Assembly (NCBI GenBank): GCA_044224875.1 | Contig: JBGAJQ010000003.1 | Span: 47,529-111,528 of the forward strand | Direction: 5' to 3' | DNA length: 64,000 nucleotides | Source: Gemmatimonadaceae bacterium | GTDB taxonomy: Bacteria > Gemmatimonadota > Gemmatimonadetes > Gemmatimonadales > Gemmatimonadaceae | Shown here: positions 52,132 through 62,870 of the stretch, piece after piece | Layout of the letters: every line of letters begins with the position of its first letter | Numbering within the stretch: position 1 is the stretch's first letter | Notes under the pieces: model-generated | The model's database searches: none | Seen by the model: only the letters and a program-made list of their open reading frames with translations | What the model was told of the DNA's origin: nothing | Made by a program: the position numbers and the translations under genes

Positions 52132-52971
52132 TCAGGAGATGCGCTCCGGCGCCATCACATCCTCTACGACCTTGCCGACCTTCACGCTGACCCGGTAGCA
52201 CTTGGCGCCATCCCGCGACGCGACGACGCGCTTGACCTCATTGTCCTCGAAGTAGATCCCGGCGTCGTTGTCACAGGCGTACCCCGCCTTCATCTGGCCC
52301 GACTGAATCAACCGATGGTACGTGGGGCGACGCGCCGCCTCAGCGTCGTAGTGCGGTGAGTGACTTCCCTTCAAGAAGCCCAGGCACTTGACGATCGTGA
52401 GTTCCTTGGGCCGCGAGTCCGTGGTTCCCTCTTCAAACCAGCATAACGAGCCTGCGCTCGCGCCGCCCAATACGATGCCCTGGTCCCACGCCTGGCGCAG
52501 CACCGCGTCGATCCCTTGCGCCTTCCAGATCGCCTGCTGATTCAGTGTGTTCCCGCCTGAGCAGACGATTCCGTCCATCGACAGGAGCACCTCGTCCCAT
52601 CCCTTCAACTGTGTGGTGCTCTCGATGAAGCTTTCCTGGACGTGTGGTTCAACGTCGAGCGGGGCACAGGACTGATACCAGCCGATGATGCCCTGTGGGC
52701 TGTCGGCAGATGCGGTCGGCAGGTAGCAAAGTCGCGGGCGCTTCTTACCGGTCAGGGCGGCCATGTAGCGGATGAACGCGGTTCCGTATCCGCCGCCTGC
52801 GATCAGGATCTTTCGTGTTGCTGCTGTCGCTGGTGCGACCGGGACAGCGTCGCTCGAGACGGGTTCGGTCATGGCGGTGGTGATGGCGGGGTTTGCGGTA
52901 GAAAGCCCAAAGTTGGCACTCACACCAACGGAGCCGATTGCCGAGGATACGAGGAACTCACGACGCTTCAT
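52132..52971 (-). CDS. Peptidase E (S51) family protein with twin-arginine signal
   Basis: MKRREFL; YLPTAS, SGGNTLN, GASAG nucleophile, SPHYD. Confidence 0.88.
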   Translation of the reverse strand: MKRREFLVSSAIGSVGVSANFGLSTANPAITTAMTEPVSSDAVPVAPATAATRKILIAGGGYGTAFIRYMAALTGKKRPRLCYLPTASADSPQGIIGWYQSCAPLDVEPHVQESFIESTTQLKGWDEVLLSMDGIVCSGGNTLNQQAIWKAQGIDAVLRQAWDQGIVLGGASAGSLCWFEEGTTDSRPKELTIVKCLGFLKGSHSPHYDAEAARRPTYHRLIQSGQMKAGYACDNDAGIYFEDNEVKRVVASRDGAKCYRVSVKVGKVVEDVMAPERIS

Positions 52972-53236
52972 TGTTGCGCCTCGAGGGAGGGGTGAGGTGA
53001 GGAGAACGCCCTAGACTACGCGGAATTGACCGGGTGCGATAGCGGTAACGACCGGACGATCGGTAACCAACGCCGTGAAGGGCCGCCATGAAGCCGGTCG
53101 CCATCACAGTGGCGTGTTCGCGCCATGATTCCCGGCACGGCGTCCATGTAGTGGGTGCGTCGAATGAAGCGCGGTGGACTGTTGCCGTTGGGCAACCATT
53201 GCATCGCATCGCGCCACGACGCACGATTTCCCGATC

Positions 53237-54268
53237 ATGAATCCGACAGATTCCGGGGAGCCTCGGGCCAAGATTCGCTGGGGCGTGTTGAGCACGGCGA
53301 ATATCGGTCGCCGATCCGTCAATCCGGCCATTCGCGAGTCGCGGAATGGCATCTTGTCCGCGGTCGCCAGTCGGGATGCTGACCGGGCACGTGCGTTTGC
53401 CGCGGAGTCAGGCATCGAGAGGCACTTCGGTTCCTACATCGAGCTGTTGGAAGACTCCGAGATCGATGCGATCTACATTCCGCTCCCAAACTCCCTGCAT
53501 CGCGAGTGGAGCGTGAGGGCCGCCGAGCACGGGAAGCATGTGCTGTGCGAAAAGCCGCTGGCCCTGGACGCGGCCGAGTGCCGTGAGATGGAAGCGGCAG
53601 CGCGGAGCAACGGCGTTCTACTCATGGAAGCGTTCATGTATCGCTTTCATCCGCGCATCGAGCATGTGGTGCGACAGTCGCAGTCAGGCGCGTTAGGCGC
53701 CCTGCGATCGATCCGCAGCACCTTCACCTTTCGGCTCACTCGGCCACACGACGTGCGTTGGGTCGCGGAACTGGGTGGTGGGGCGCTGTACGACGTGGGT
53801 TGCTACTGTGTGAATGTCAGTCGCACGGTGGCCGGAGCGGAGCCCGTGGAAGTCCAGGCGATGGCGAACTGGGGAAGCACTGGCGTGGACCATGAGCTGG
53901 TCGGAGTGATGCGATTTCCAGACGGCCTGCTCGCGCATTTCGACTGTTCGCTTTCCATGGATCGTCGCGAAATGGTTGACGTGGGAGGGACTGACGCGAG
54001 CCTGGCCATGGACGCGCTGTTTGTTCCCGGCACGTCGCCGTGTTCGGTGATCGAGCGCCGAGCGGGCGAGGTCACGTCGCACGAGATCGCTGGCGCGAAC
54101 CAGTATGTGCTCATGGTGGAGCACTTCGCCGAGTGCGCGATGGGAAGGGGCACGCTCAGGTATCCGCCGTCAGAGGCGGGGTCGAACATGGCGGTGATCG
54201 ACGCACTCTATCGGTCGGCACGCGCCGGCGGCACCCCGATGCCGGTCCGTAGGGCGATGGCGGGTTGA
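53237..54268 (+). CDS. Gfo/Idh/MocA family oxidoreductase
   Basis: IRWGVLSTANIG, YIPLPNSLH, GKHVLCEKP, GGGALYDVGCY. Confidence 0.93.
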   Translation: MNPTDSGEPRAKIRWGVLSTANIGRRSVNPAIRESRNGILSAVASRDADRARAFAAESGIERHFGSYIELLEDSEIDAIYIPLPNSLHREWSVRAAEHGKHVLCEKPLALDAAECREMEAAARSNGVLLMEAFMYRFHPRIEHVVRQSQSGALGALRSIRSTFTFRLTRPHDVRWVAELGGGALYDVGCYCVNVSRTVAGAEPVEVQAMANWGSTGVDHELVGVMRFPDGLLAHFDCSLSMDRREMVDVGGTDASLAMDALFVPGTSPCSVIERRAGEVTSHEIAGANQYVLMVEHFAECAMGRGTLRYPPSEAGSNMAVIDALYRSARAGGTPMPVRRAMAG

Positions 54269-54304
54269 ATGTCCGATGCGCAAACTCCTTCTACCGGTAC
54301 ATCC

Positions 54305-55993
54305 ATGCGCCTAACGTTTCGTTTGGCCACTGCTACTCTGCTCGCCATGACGATGAATCGTTCGATGCACGCACAACGCCCCTTGTCGATGGCAGGGCGG
54401 TCGGTGGTCTACGCCCCCCACGGTATCGTTTCTACCTCGCAGCCCTTGGCCTCCTCGGCTGGCTTGGCGGTGCTGGCGCGCGGTGGCAATGCGATCGACG
54501 CCGCTGTGACTGCGGCAGCTGTGCTGTCCGTGGTTGAGCCGATGATGACGGGAGTTGGGGGTGACTTGTTCGCCATGGTTTGGCTGGCGAAGGAGCGTCG
54601 CTTGGTGGCGCTCAACGCCAGTGGCCGCGCCGGTGCACTGATGACGCGCGACGCAATCCTTGCCAAGGGGCATTCGCGTATGCCGTCTCGCGGGCCCGAG
54701 ACGATCACGGTCCCGGGAGCACTCGCCGGTTGGGATGAGCTGCTACGCACCCACGGCACGATCACGCTGGCTCAGGCGATCGAACCGGCCATTCGTTACG
54801 CAGAGGAGGGCTTCCCGGTCACGCCAATCATCTCGGGTGATTGGACGCCGTGGGAGGAGCTGCTGGCCAAGGACGAGGGGGCACGGCGTACCTTCCTGGT
54901 CGATGGACGCGCGCCGCGACCTGGCGAGTGGTTTCGCAACCCCGACTACGCACGCACGTTGCGCGAGATTGGGAAGTCCGGCCCGTCCATTCTGTACGGC
55001 GGGCCCCTTGGCCAGCGCATCGTGTCCCGCGTGGCGGAACTCGGCGGGTACCTCACCGTCCCCGATTTGAAGGCAAATAAGCCAACGTGGGTGACCCCCA
55101 TCTCCACGATGTACAAGGGTTACCGCGTGTGGGAGTTGCCACCTAACAACCAAGGCATCGCGGCGCTGGAGATGTTGCGCATCCTGGAGCCGTACGACCT
55201 GAAGTCGATGGGCCTCAATTCCGCAGCTTACCTTCACCACCTGATCGAGGCGAAGAAGCTCGCCTATGCCGACCTGGCGCGGTACGTCGGGGATGCGGAC
55301 CACCTGACGATGCAGCCGGCGGCGATGTTGTCCGATCGGTTCATTACCGAGCGACGCAGTCACCTGGATCCGAAACGCGCGCAGACGCAGGTGGATCCCG
55401 GGCCTGCCCTCACGTCGAGCGAAACGATCTACCTGACCGCAGCTGACAGCGCTGGCAACATGATCTCGTTCATCAACAGCATTTACGATGAGTTCGGCTC
55501 AGGGATCGTGGTTCCGGGGACGGGGTTTGCCCTGCACGACCGAGGCGCTGGCTTCACGCTCACGCCGGGGTTGCCGAACACCGTCGCTCCGGGCAAGCGA
55601 CCCTTCCACACATTGATTCCGGCATTTGTGACTCGCCCCGGTTCAGCTCAAACGCCAGATGGTTCAGGAGACACACCGTGGATGAGTTTTGGCGTGATGG
55701 GAGGTGCCATGCAGGCACAGGGGCACGTGCAGGTGTTGCTGAACATGATCGATTTTGGGTTGAACGTGCAGGATGCGATCGATGCCGCGCGATTCCGGCA
55801 CCTCGACGGCGCGCGCGTTGCCCTCGAGTCGCCGATCACCGATGACGTCCGCGCTGCGCTCAAGGCAATGGGGCATGACATCGTCGACGAGCGCTCCGTC
55901 GGCTTTGGTGGATCGCAGGCGATCGTGAAGCTCACCCGTGGATATGCGGCGGGATCAGATCCGCGGAAAGACGGGGCGGCCGCTGGGCACTAA
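54305..55993 (+). CDS. ggt: Gamma-glutamyltransferase
   Basis: GGNAIDAA, TVPGA, WELPPNNQG, autoprocessing site SE|TIY, PGKRPFHT, GVMGG.MQ.QGH, SDPRKDG; start 54269 or 54305. Confidence 0.92.
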   Translation: MRLTFRLATATLLAMTMNRSMHAQRPLSMAGRSVVYAPHGIVSTSQPLASSAGLAVLARGGNAIDAAVTAAAVLSVVEPMMTGVGGDLFAMVWLAKERRLVALNASGRAGALMTRDAILAKGHSRMPSRGPETITVPGALAGWDELLRTHGTITLAQAIEPAIRYAEEGFPVTPIISGDWTPWEELLAKDEGARRTFLVDGRAPRPGEWFRNPDYARTLREIGKSGPSILYGGPLGQRIVSRVAELGGYLTVPDLKANKPTWVTPISTMYKGYRVWELPPNNQGIAALEMLRILEPYDLKSMGLNSAAYLHHLIEAKKLAYADLARYVGDADHLTMQPAAMLSDRFITERRSHLDPKRAQTQVDPGPALTSSETIYLTAADSAGNMISFINSIYDEFGSGIVVPGTGFALHDRGAGFTLTPGLPNTVAPGKRPFHTLIPAFVTRPGSAQTPDGSGDTPWMSFGVMGGAMQAQGHVQVLLNMIDFGLNVQDAIDAARFRHLDGARVALESPITDDVRAALKAMGHDIVDERSVGFGGSQAIVKLTRGYAAGSDPRKDGAAAGH

Positions 55994-56019
55994 CACGCCA
56001 ACGCGGTTGGGGGCGACGG

Positions 56020-57213
56020 TCAGCGTGGTCCAGCCCCCGAGCGTGGCGCGGGTAGGTCCACAATGTCCCACGGCTCATCTCCCATCGCTCGCTGGTAGCC
56101 TAGCTGTTCAACCCGACGGATGAACGGCCCGTTGAACAGGGCTTGGGCGCCCGTCTCGTTGGCGAGTGCATTCGGCACGTAAGCCACTCGAAGTTGCAGA
56201 CGAAGCGAGGGCACCTCGTCGCTCACCACGTGCGTCATGAGTCGCATGCCCTCGATCAGCTGTTGCTGGAGTGCATAAAAGAGGGTGATGGTCGTTCGCT
56301 GCGATAGAGCCGATCGGCTGGACGGCTTCACGACGGCGGGCGGCGCCAATGGCCAGATGTTCAACATGACGTAGATTCGCACCACCAGCGGCGTGGCGAT
56401 CCCCATCGCCTTGCGCCGGTCGGCCAGCTGCCGATACCGCGCCACGTCCAGAACTGGCATGATATTGCCGAGTACCCCACCGTCAGCATGAACATGCTGG
56501 TCCAGAATGACAGGCGGAAAGATGCTTGGAATGGACGCCGAGGTGAGAAGCAGCCGGTGGAAGTCAGCCAAGCCGGACGCCGTGGTGTCCAGCACGTGCG
56601 TCCCATCCCACGCCCGCTGCGTCCCGATGTCCATGTCGGCGGTGCCGATCAGCAGCTGCCGTCCGGCCAAGAACTCACGGCGTAGGGCGGTGGCCATCGT
56701 ATCGTCCAACACCGTCTCGATCGTTCGGCGCAAACGGTCGACCTTCACCAGCCCGCCCGTGCGCCGCAGCCAGAAGAACCAGTCGAGGCCAGGCGCTATG
56801 CGTTCAGCGGACTGGCGGTAGAGCTGGGAGAGTGTGTCCAGCGCCTGACTGGTGCCGAGCATCGCAAAGGGAGCCTGCAAGGCACCGGTGCTGATGCCCG
56901 AAATGAGGTCAAAGCGCGGCAGGGGGTCGCTCGCTCGCTCCCGCCACCCGCGCAGGAATCCCGCGCCATAGGCGCCCGTTTGCCCTCCCCCAGACAAGAG
57001 AAGAATGTCCACCGTGTCGCGAGTCTTCGAGCGCCAGGCAAGGCGCTCCACGACCGTGTCGAGCCCGGCGCTCCGCAGAGGGCTTGATCGCTCGGCGTCC
57101 GCAAGGAGTGACTGAATTGTAGCTGGCGGACGATGAATGGCGGCACACCCCGTGATGTTCAACACGACGGTCAGAGCGACGGCCGCGATGCCGACGGTCC
57201 GGACGTGCCTCAT
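56020..57213 (-). CDS. Patatin-like phospholipase (likely lipoprotein)
   Basis: LSGGGQTGAYGAG, GISTG, SASIP, DGG; lipobox-like ITGC. Confidence 0.9.
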   Translation of the reverse strand: MRHVRTVGIAAVALTVVLNITGCAAIHRPPATIQSLLADAERSSPLRSAGLDTVVERLAWRSKTRDTVDILLLSGGGQTGAYGAGFLRGWRERASDPLPRFDLISGISTGALQAPFAMLGTSQALDTLSQLYRQSAERIAPGLDWFFWLRRTGGLVKVDRLRRTIETVLDDTMATALRREFLAGRQLLIGTADMDIGTQRAWDGTHVLDTTASGLADFHRLLLTSASIPSIFPPVILDQHVHADGGVLGNIMPVLDVARYRQLADRRKAMGIATPLVVRIYVMLNIWPLAPPAVVKPSSRSALSQRTTITLFYALQQQLIEGMRLMTHVVSDEVPSLRLQLRVAYVPNALANETGAQALFNGPFIRRVEQLGYQRAMGDEPWDIVDLPAPRSGAGPR

Positions 57214-57626
57214 CGCTTCATGTCCGGGCACACAAAGGCTGTGTCCAGCCGCGTGTAGCGTTGCATGTCGATGCCGCCCCTGGTCGCGACCTGAAGGACC
57301 ATGTGGTTGGGAGGTTGGACGTGGACGACCGCTTCCAGCGTGTCGCGATCTTCCTGCCAAATGACGGTGCTGTCCGAGCTGCGGCGCCATCGAGCAACCC
57401 GATACGTCTCCCAGCAGGAATCCATCAGGAGCACGCTGTCAGTGAGGAAGGTGACCATCAGGCCCGGCAAATCCGCCGAATCGCTCCGGAGCCAAATGCG
57501 GTTGGTGAACTCGTCTGGGACGGCAGTCGGAGACGAGGAGGGCGCCTCGGTCGTCGCTTTGGTAGCGCCGTCGTTGGGGGCGCCACAGGCGCAGCAGAGC
57601 AACATGAGCAGGAAACGTGTTGTCAT
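57210..57626 (-). CDS. Hypothetical lipoprotein
   Basis: Lipobox CCAC; MDSCWETY and C-terminal CPD cysteines; overlaps the patatin start. Confidence 0.7.
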   Translation of the reverse strand: MTTRFLLMLLCCACGAPNDGATKATTEAPSSSPTAVPDEFTNRIWLRSDSADLPGLMVTFLTDSVLLMDSCWETYRVARWRRSSDSTVIWQEDRDTLEAVVHVQPPNHMVLQVATRGGIDMQRYTRLDTAFVCPDMKR

Positions 57627-57781
57627 GCCGCAATATCTGCCCCGTTTACGGCGCGGGAAAGCTCAATTGTTCGTCGTGACCGCCGAGACTGTATGAATGG
57701 GGGCAAGTGAGCTTCTCCAAGCGTTTTGGCTTCAGTCATGCCTGAACCGGGCGATCCGGTTGTCCTTCCAACTACATCGGA

Positions 57782-59185
57782 GTGCGTGTGCACGAACCAC
57801 AGGAGTTTGACCTGCTGTGCATCGGCAGCGGGCCAGCCGGCCAGCGGGCCGCGGTGCAGGGCGCCAAGCTCGGGTATCGCGTAGCGATCGTCGAACGACG
57901 GCGGTCGTTGGGTGGGGTATGCCTGGACACCGGCACCATTCCGAGCAAGACCTTCCGCGAGGCGGTGTTGACGTTTGCGAAAGGGTCGGGTTCGTTCGAC
58001 CGTCGCCTGCAACGTCTGGACGCCAGGCCATCGGCGGAACAACTGTTGGCCCGGGTGGATGAAGTCGTGCGCCTGGAGTCGCGTGTGATCGATCATCAGT
58101 TGCACCGCAACGGCGTCGACGTCCTTGCTGGCGAAGCCTCGTTCCGTGACCCGCACAGCGTGGTGATACGGGGCGACACGGGGACACGAGTCGTCACGGC
58201 GCGCGCCATTGTCCTCGCGGTCGGCACCGTGACCGCGAGTTCCCCCGACGTGACGACCGACGGTGATGTGCTCATCACCAGCGACGACATCCTGCGACTT
58301 ACCCGGCTGCCGCGGAGCCTGACCGTAGTCGGCGCCGGTGTGATCGGCACGGAATACGCGTCCATGTTCGCCGCGTTAGGTGTCGACGTCACCTTGGTCG
58401 AGCGCCGGCGCCGTCCGTTGGAATTCCTGGATGAGGAGATTGTGGACGAGCTCATCCACCAGCTGCGCCAACACAACGTCACATTCCGGCCCGGCGAGGC
58501 CGTGGCGGGGATCAGTATCGTCGATGGGGCGCCGCGGCAGGCGGTCATTCAGCTCGAATCGGGGAAGCGCCTCGTCTCCGACATGGCGCTGTTCTCCGTG
58601 GGTCGCATTGGCGCGACCCAGACGTTGAATCTGGCGGCGGCCGGCCTCGTCGCGGACGATCGCGGTCGCCTGCAGGTGGATGAGACGTTCCGCACCGAGG
58701 TGCCGCACATCTACGCCGCGGGCGACGTCATCGGATACCCGAGCCTTGCCGCGACCTCCAGCGAGCAGGGACGCCTTGCCGCTTGTCACGCCCTCGGCGC
58801 GCCCACCCCGCGTATGGCCGCCCACTTTCCCGTCGGCATCTATGCCATTCCGGAAATCTCGATGGTCGGTCAGACCGAACGTCAACTGACTGAGGCCAGG
58901 ATCCCGTACGAGGTCGGCGTGGCACGGTATCGTGAGATTGCTCGCGGACAGATCCTGGGCGACGACTCCGGCTTCTTCAAGATGCTCTTCCACCGCGAGA
59001 ATCGACGGCTGCTGGGCGTGCACATCATCGGGACGGGCGCCACCGAGTTGCTTCACATTGGACAGACAGTGCTTGGCCTGGGGGCTGGCCTCGACTACTT
59101 CCTCGAGACCGTCTTCAACTATCCGACACTGGCCGAATGCTACAAGGTGGCCGCGTTGAACGCGGCGAATAAGCTCGCCGCCTGA
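57782..59185 (+). CDS. sthA: Soluble pyridine nucleotide transhydrogenase
   Basis: IGSGPAGQRAA, GGVCLDTGTIPSKT (single Cys), GIYAIPEIS, FNYPTLAECYKVAA. Confidence 0.92.
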   Translation: MRVHEPQEFDLLCIGSGPAGQRAAVQGAKLGYRVAIVERRRSLGGVCLDTGTIPSKTFREAVLTFAKGSGSFDRRLQRLDARPSAEQLLARVDEVVRLESRVIDHQLHRNGVDVLAGEASFRDPHSVVIRGDTGTRVVTARAIVLAVGTVTASSPDVTTDGDVLITSDDILRLTRLPRSLTVVGAGVIGTEYASMFAALGVDVTLVERRRRPLEFLDEEIVDELIHQLRQHNVTFRPGEAVAGISIVDGAPRQAVIQLESGKRLVSDMALFSVGRIGATQTLNLAAAGLVADDRGRLQVDETFRTEVPHIYAAGDVIGYPSLAATSSEQGRLAACHALGAPTPRMAAHFPVGIYAIPEISMVGQTERQLTEARIPYEVGVARYREIARGQILGDDSGFFKMLFHRENRRLLGVHIIGTGATELLHIGQTVLGLGAGLDYFLETVFNYPTLAECYKVAALNAANKLAA

Positions 59186-59323
59186 CGAGTCACGCCGGGA
59201 TCGCCACTGGCGGGCGCGCGTCGGCGTTGGTCTTTCGCATGACAGGAAGCCCAGGCGTTCGGCTCAGGCGACTTCCTTGAGCCGGACAACGGGCCAGTGG
59301 GCGAATGCGTATGTGCCAGTACA

Positions 59324-59794
59324 ATGCCCAAGCAAAGTGCTGGCTTGCTCCTGTATCGCTGGTCGTCCGGTCCTCTCGAGGTCCTGCTCGTTCACCCTGG
59401 CGGACCGTTCTGGGCGCGGAAGGACCTGGGCGCGTGGTCTATCCCCAAGGGCATGATCGAGGAGGGTGAGGATGCGCTCGCCGCCGCTCGCCGGGAATTC
59501 TCCGAGGAGACCGGGGCAGTGGCCACCGGACCGTTCGAGGCGCTCCAGTCGGTGAAGATGCGCGGCGGGAAAGTGATTCAGGCGTGGGCCGTCGAAGGAG
59601 AGTTCGATGTGACCACCCTTCACAGCACCGAATTCACGATCGAATGGCCGCCGCGATCAGGCCGTCAGGCTGCGTTCCCCGAGGTGGATCGCGCCGAGTG
59701 GTTCAGGGTGGACGACGCGCGCCAACGGGTGAACCCGGCCCTCGTGCCTCTGCTGGACGAGCTGGTGACTCGTGTGCTGAGCGAGCGTGGTTAG
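59324..59794 (+). CDS. NUDIX hydrolase
   Basis: LVHPGGPFW, WSIPKG...AARREFSEETG Nudix box, FPEVDR. Confidence 0.92.
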   Translation: MPKQSAGLLLYRWSSGPLEVLLVHPGGPFWARKDLGAWSIPKGMIEEGEDALAAARREFSEETGAVATGPFEALQSVKMRGGKVIQAWAVEGEFDVTTLHSTEFTIEWPPRSGRQAAFPEVDRAEWFRVDDARQRVNPALVPLLDELVTRVLSERG

Positions 59795-59873
59795 GCGCTG
59801 ACTTGGTGGGAGTCGGCGCGGATTGGATCGAGTGTTTGAGATGGATCTTGGTCCGGAGTGCGGCGCCAATCGG

Positions 59874-60725
59874 CTATTTCAGGCGGCGCAACTCCGCCTC
59901 GGACGCCATGAACCCGAACGCCGGCCAGCCGCCAGACGCCACGGAGCGCTGGAAGTAGGACTTGGCGCGCGCCACGTCGCCCTGGATCAGGTACCAATTG
60001 CCGAGACCGAAGGCGAGGGTCGCCAGCTGCACGTCCGCCGTATCGCCGGGCGCAATCACGGCATCGGGCGACAGGGCGCCCTTGTAGAGTCGCAAGCGCT
60101 GGGCGTACGCATTCGCGGCGGCCACCGGAACCGAGTCGGGCATGGACTTGAGCAGTGCCGCCGCTTCGTCCTTACGCCCCGCGCGCTGTAGGGACATCCA
60201 GCCCCAGTCGTAGGAGCCGGCGAGCTCGCCCGCGTTGGGCGCGATGGGACGCGCGTGAGCGAAGGCATCGGCTGCCGCACCGAACTCGCCCTTCACGAAG
60301 TGCAACACACCCAAGTGGTACCAGATGCCGTAGATCGTGCTGTCGAGTGTGAGCCCACGCTGCAGGTCGGCGAGCGCCGCGTCGAACTGGCGCACCGACA
60401 GGTGCCGATGTCCACGCCAGCGGTACAGCAGGGCGTTGTTCGGGGCGAGCGCGATGCCACGGGTGTACGTGGCGATCGCCTCGCGCATCTGGCGCGCCCC
60501 CGCCTGCGCCGCGCCTAACGCGAGGATGGCGTCGATACTTTGGGGATTTGCGCGGGCCGCCTGCTCGGCCTTGGCAACGGGGCCGGTATCAACCTGCGAG
60601 CGGTAGGACACCCCTGCCGGCGATCGGTATTGCTCGGTCTGCGCGAACAGGGTACCACCCAGGACCGGCAGGATGGCGGCGGCAACGAGGACGTGACGTG
60701 TTCGCAGACCCACGGGAGGCTCCAA
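59874..60725 (-). CDS. Exported tetratricopeptide-repeat protein
   Basis: Signal-like N-terminus; TPR-like helices (AIATYTRGIALAP, IWYHLGVLHF). Confidence 0.8.
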   Translation of the reverse strand: MEPPVGLRTRHVLVAAAILPVLGGTLFAQTEQYRSPAGVSYRSQVDTGPVAKAEQAARANPQSIDAILALGAAQAGARQMREAIATYTRGIALAPNNALLYRWRGHRHLSVRQFDAALADLQRGLTLDSTIYGIWYHLGVLHFVKGEFGAAADAFAHARPIAPNAGELAGSYDWGWMSLQRAGRKDEAAALLKSMPDSVPVAAANAYAQRLRLYKGALSPDAVIAPGDTADVQLATLAFGLGNWYLIQGDVARAKSYFQRSVASGGWPAFGFMASEAELRRLK

Positions 60726-60857
60726 TTGGGGGACGCTTGAATCTCGCGCCTTGCACGCGGGGCGGAAGAGACCACGGTCGAATCACACCAAGTCATGCGG
60801 CACCCCGTCGAGCTTGCACGCGTCGTGCTCGAGCACGCATTCACACCACGCGGCAGG

Positions 60858-61508
60858 TCACTCGAATTGCTTCCGAAACGCTTCGAGCTGAGCGCGAAGG
60901 TCAGCGATTTCGCGCTTCAACTCTTCGGTCGCCGCCTCAAGCGACGCAATACGGTCCGTATCGTCAGCCGGGGTGACAGCGGGCACCGGGTCCGGTGCGT
61001 CGTAGCTGACGTCGCCAGAAAGCAGGTGCGCATACCGAATCTCCTTTTGCCCCGTACGCCGTGGTAAGCGAGTCACAAGCGCGCCCGCGGGACGTTCGAC
61101 GAGGTTCGTGAGGATGTTCTCGATCGCGGTGGCATCGCCGGTGTCACACAGTCGGGCACTGCGTGTCTTCAGCTCCGACAGTGTTTGCGGGCCACGCAGC
61201 ATCAACGTGCAGAGCAAGGCCGTTTCGGGTGCGTCTAGACTCAACGTCTCGTCCACCAAGTGTTGGTACTTGGTCACTCGCGAGTCCGCGCGTTTGATGG
61301 AGCGAACGAGGGCCCGCCGTCGCAACGCATCCAGCGCATGCGAGACCTTCTCCTCGTCGTACTTCACGATGGGGTCGCGGTTCGACGACTGGTTGCAGGC
61401 GTTGGTGAGGGCGTTGAGGGAGAGGGGATAGTAGTCCGGGGTGGACATCGCCTTCTCGATCAAGGCGCCAAGCACGCGGACTTCGACTTCATCGAGTGGA
61501 GTTTCCAC
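60858..61508 (-). CDS. YceH/DUF480 family protein
   Basis: RVLGALIEK..TPDYYPLSLNAL..ACNQSSNRDP, LMLRGPQT, RYAHLL; GTG start at 61508 with aaggag RBS. Confidence 0.92.
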   Translation of the reverse strand: METPLDEVEVRVLGALIEKAMSTPDYYPLSLNALTNACNQSSNRDPIVKYDEEKVSHALDALRRRALVRSIKRADSRVTKYQHLVDETLSLDAPETALLCTLMLRGPQTLSELKTRSARLCDTGDATAIENILTNLVERPAGALVTRLPRRTGQKEIRYAHLLSGDVSYDAPDPVPAVTPADDTDRIASLEAATEELKREIADLRAQLEAFRKQFE

Positions 61509-61700
61509 GAAGCGGCGCTCCTTGGTCCAACCGGTGTCGGAGGTGCGCGGACGGGGGATTCCGTCAGCCGATTCGGCAAAGATAGCGGGTAGGCACGGAG
61601 TGTTCAGCGCATGCGGAGCGTTGCGTGCAAGCATCAACTCCTTGCGGAGTTTGACGCCGGTGCCGTTCACCGCCATGTTCGCATTCCTGCCATACCCCTC

Positions 61701-62870
61701 GTGCCAGCCACCATCCCGATTTCGTCGATCGATTCCACTCCGGATTACGTCGTGCCGCCGCACGCGACGACCGGGTTTGTGGTAACGATACTGACGTGCG
61801 CGACGGCGCTCATCACGGGATTGCTCTGGGACGTTTCCTGGCACCAGAGCATCGGCCGGGACTCGATCTTCGCCCCGCCGCACATCCTCGAATATTTGGC
61901 GGCCGGCGTGGCGGGACTCACCTGCAGCTACACGATCCTGCGAACCACGTTCGCCGGATCGGCGTCGGAGGTTGCGTGGTCGGTGCGGGTCTGGGGATTC
62001 CGTGGCCCGTTAGGCGCGTGGATTACGCTGTGGGGAGTGCTGACTCTGTTGTTTGCAGTGCCGCTCGACAACTGGTGGCACGACGCGTACGGGCTGGACG
62101 TGAAGGTGTTTGCGCCGGCGCACTTCCTGCTGAGCGTTGGCATAACGTCGGTCATCATCGGCGCTCTCGTACTCACGGCGGCCGCGCAGAATCGGGCCCT
62201 GCAGCCACTGGATCGCCGTCGCGATGCGATGCTCTACGCCATAGCTGGTGGCACCCTGTGCATCAGCAGTGGCGTACTCTCGCTCAACGTCTCGCTCCCA
62301 GCGTACCAGCACTCGGGCGTCTTCTACGTCTCCTGGGCGCTCCTCTTTCCGCCACTCCTTGCCTGCTATGCGCGCGTGGGGCGGGCGAAGTATCCCGCGG
62401 CCTCGGCCGCGCTCGTCTTCATGTGCATCTGGTTCGCGGTCTCCCAGGTTCTCCGTCAGTTCCCCGCGCAGCCGCATCTCGGTCCGATCTACAACCATCG
62501 CACCTACATGTGGCCGCCCTTCTTCCCGAACCTGCTGGTCGTGCCGGCGCTTGGGATCGACCTGGTGCGTCGGCGCCTAACTAGCCTGGACTCGTGGAAG
62601 GCAGCGGCCATCATCGGAGCCACGTTTCTCGTGCTCTTTGTCGCTGCACAATGGCCCTTCTCGCGATTCATGATCAGTCCGGCGGCGCAGAACTGGTTCT
62701 TCAATGGCAGTGAGTTCTCGTACTCCTTCGGGGGCACGAACGTACATCGCTACCGATCGGTCGGGAGCTTCTCGATAGGAATGGGGCTGGCCGTCGCGCT
62801 CGCCCTGAGCGTGGTCACGTCACGCGTGGGACTGGCGTGGGGCGCGTGGATGGAGCGCATCAAGCGATGA
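61701..62870 (+). CDS. Polytopic membrane protein with PmoC/AmoC-like metal motifs and a PmoA-like C-terminal half (start uncertain, 61701 or 61752)
   Basis: DVSWHQSIGRDSIFAPPH and DNWWHDAYGLDVKVFAPAH; FPNLLVVPALGIDLV...AIIGA...QWP. The CDS is confident; the functional call is inference. Confidence 0.7.
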   Translation: MPATIPISSIDSTPDYVVPPHATTGFVVTILTCATALITGLLWDVSWHQSIGRDSIFAPPHILEYLAAGVAGLTCSYTILRTTFAGSASEVAWSVRVWGFRGPLGAWITLWGVLTLLFAVPLDNWWHDAYGLDVKVFAPAHFLLSVGITSVIIGALVLTAAAQNRALQPLDRRRDAMLYAIAGGTLCISSGVLSLNVSLPAYQHSGVFYVSWALLFPPLLACYARVGRAKYPAASAALVFMCIWFAVSQVLRQFPAQPHLGPIYNHRTYMWPPFFPNLLVVPALGIDLVRRRLTSLDSWKAAAIIGATFLVLFVAAQWPFSRFMISPAAQNWFFNGSEFSYSFGGTNVHRYRSVGSFSIGMGLAVALALSVVTSRVGLAWGAWMERIKR

